Source: Neoechinorhynchus agilis (Eukaryota > Animalia > Acanthocephala). Taken from it: DNA of 64,000 bases. The notes under the pieces are model-generated. The model was not told the DNA's origin and ran no database searches. It saw only the letters and a list, made by a program, of their open reading frames with translations. Made by a program: the position numbers and the translations under genes. Positions 62,918 through 64,000 of this stretch are shown here, one piece after another. The stretch is from NCBI GenBank assembly GCA_051530055.1, contig CM121342.1, forward strand, positions 15,763,480-15,827,479, in the 5' to 3' direction. The number at the start of each line of letters is the position of its first letter. The stretch's first letter is position 1.

Positions 62918-63895
62918 ATGTTCACCTCGCATCATGTGCGGCGTCTATTTTCGTCCAAACCTGCTGTTTTGAAAGCTGCTCTCTGCATATTTCGTCAACG
63001 ATTCGTTGCTCCTCCAATGAATGAAATCGAACGTGATTATCACAACCTTCAACTGCAACTCGAATTGGAAAATAGCTATCTGTCGGACCATGAACTACGA
63101 TTAACCAGGGAAAGGTTTTGTGTGTGATAAAAGCGAAGGAAAATCATGCTTAAAATCTCCATCGTGATTAGAGCTTCATCGGAAAAGGGTGAAAGTTTAG
63201 TGGACGCTAAAACAGAAACCGGCCTTGATTTTGAACATAAGAGGCAATGCAGACTAAATACAATCTTAAGCACTCTAAACAAAGGTTTGTTTTAACTGGA
63301 GATTGCAGTAAAAATTCATATTGTCTAGATAAAAATTCTGACTGTGATAAATGTGATCCCTTACATGCACACTCTTTTCCTGTTGGCTGAATTTTTACAA
63401 ACCAAATAATTACATAGAGTGCGTCACTTGACAAGTGTGCTGGTTGGCTATATTTAAACCAATCACGCTCACATAGCAAAGCGAACTCTTTCATGTACGA
63501 AATTATCGATGTCGATATGTAAGGTACCGGGGTATATGATCAGGATCATTGTTTAGGTCTTCACCCGGTAAATATTTATTTTATTAAGAACGTTTCGACC
63601 CTCGTCGTGTTCATCATCAGTTTGTTCATCTATTAATAACTAACAAACTAATGATGAACCCGACGAGGTTGGAAACGTCTTCAAGAAAAAATTATTTACC
63701 GGGTGTAGACCTAAACAATAATCCTGAAATTATCGATTATAGCTACATACAAGGTGCCCTAAACGAGGAAAAGAGTGGAATAAGGCATTCAACTCGAAAA
63801 TTAATATTAATGGAACGCACAGAGAATTTCTATCGATTGCCTGAAGTTCAGCTTAATTCGGACGAAATGTTCCGCCAGGTACTGTCTGTACGTTT
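62918..63895 (+). CDS. MRPL46: Mitochondrial ribosomal protein mL46, multi-exon, continues past the window
   Basis: AALCIFRQ..PPMNEIE..LELENSYLSDHELR, then TGLDFE, RKLILM and YRLPEVQLNSDEMFRQ; exon joins approximate. Confidence 0.78.
63541..63726. repeat. Inverted repeat (~85 bp arms), each arm with a minimal hammerhead-like motif
   Basis: Minus CTGATGATG..GAAACGTT and plus CTAATGATG..GAAACGTC. Confidence 0.65.
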
Positions 63896-64000
63896 AGCTA
63901 ATCTGTAATTTATTTGTTTTTCATGCTATTGAACGATGGATTGTCGATAATAACAAATCATTCGGACGGGTTCATATGCTCGGTAACTGTCCCGCTGCTG

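Noticed and set aside
63330-63500. Hairpin (CACTCT/AGAGTG) in MRPL46 as another stem-loop intron
   Set aside because: Better homology to that part of mL46 lies at 63740-63895, so this stretch is probably intronic; a nested GT-AG option also exists.

Overview
AT-rich, gene-dense eukaryotic (animal-like) genomic window, not prokaryotic. It carries about 13 recognisable protein-coding genes: a DENN-domain gene, MRPL13, a secreted LRR protein, intronless LARS1, MRPS31, TAPT1, CACYBP, an SLC35A nucleotide-sugar transporter, DDX54, an NCS-type EF-hand protein, HYPK, a KCTD/BTB protein and MRPL46. These are interspersed with decayed LINEs (APE-RT, RTE-like, CRE-like RLE), a 5'-truncated Penelope-like element, a 13 kb satellite of 432/448 bp monomers and a 3.2 kb satellite of ~328 bp monomers. 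Two observations stand out. (1) Four conserved genes (TAPT1, SLC35A, DDX54, EF-hand) are each interrupted by a stop-containing, 3n-length segment that cannot be removed as a GT-AG intron while keeping the conserved protein motif. Each segment folds into a stem-loop and can be placed right after an exonic TA; in three of four the pairing register is identical (+4 with -6). This suggests a class of non-canonical, structure-defined introns coexisting with ordinary short GT-AG introns. (2) A tRNA-headed repeat carries all three hammerhead ribozyme strands in a non-circularly permuted (pseudoknotted) order. In addition, six genes have an AG directly before the ATG, suggesting SL trans-splicing. All splice models were derived by hand from remembered homology and need RNA data.
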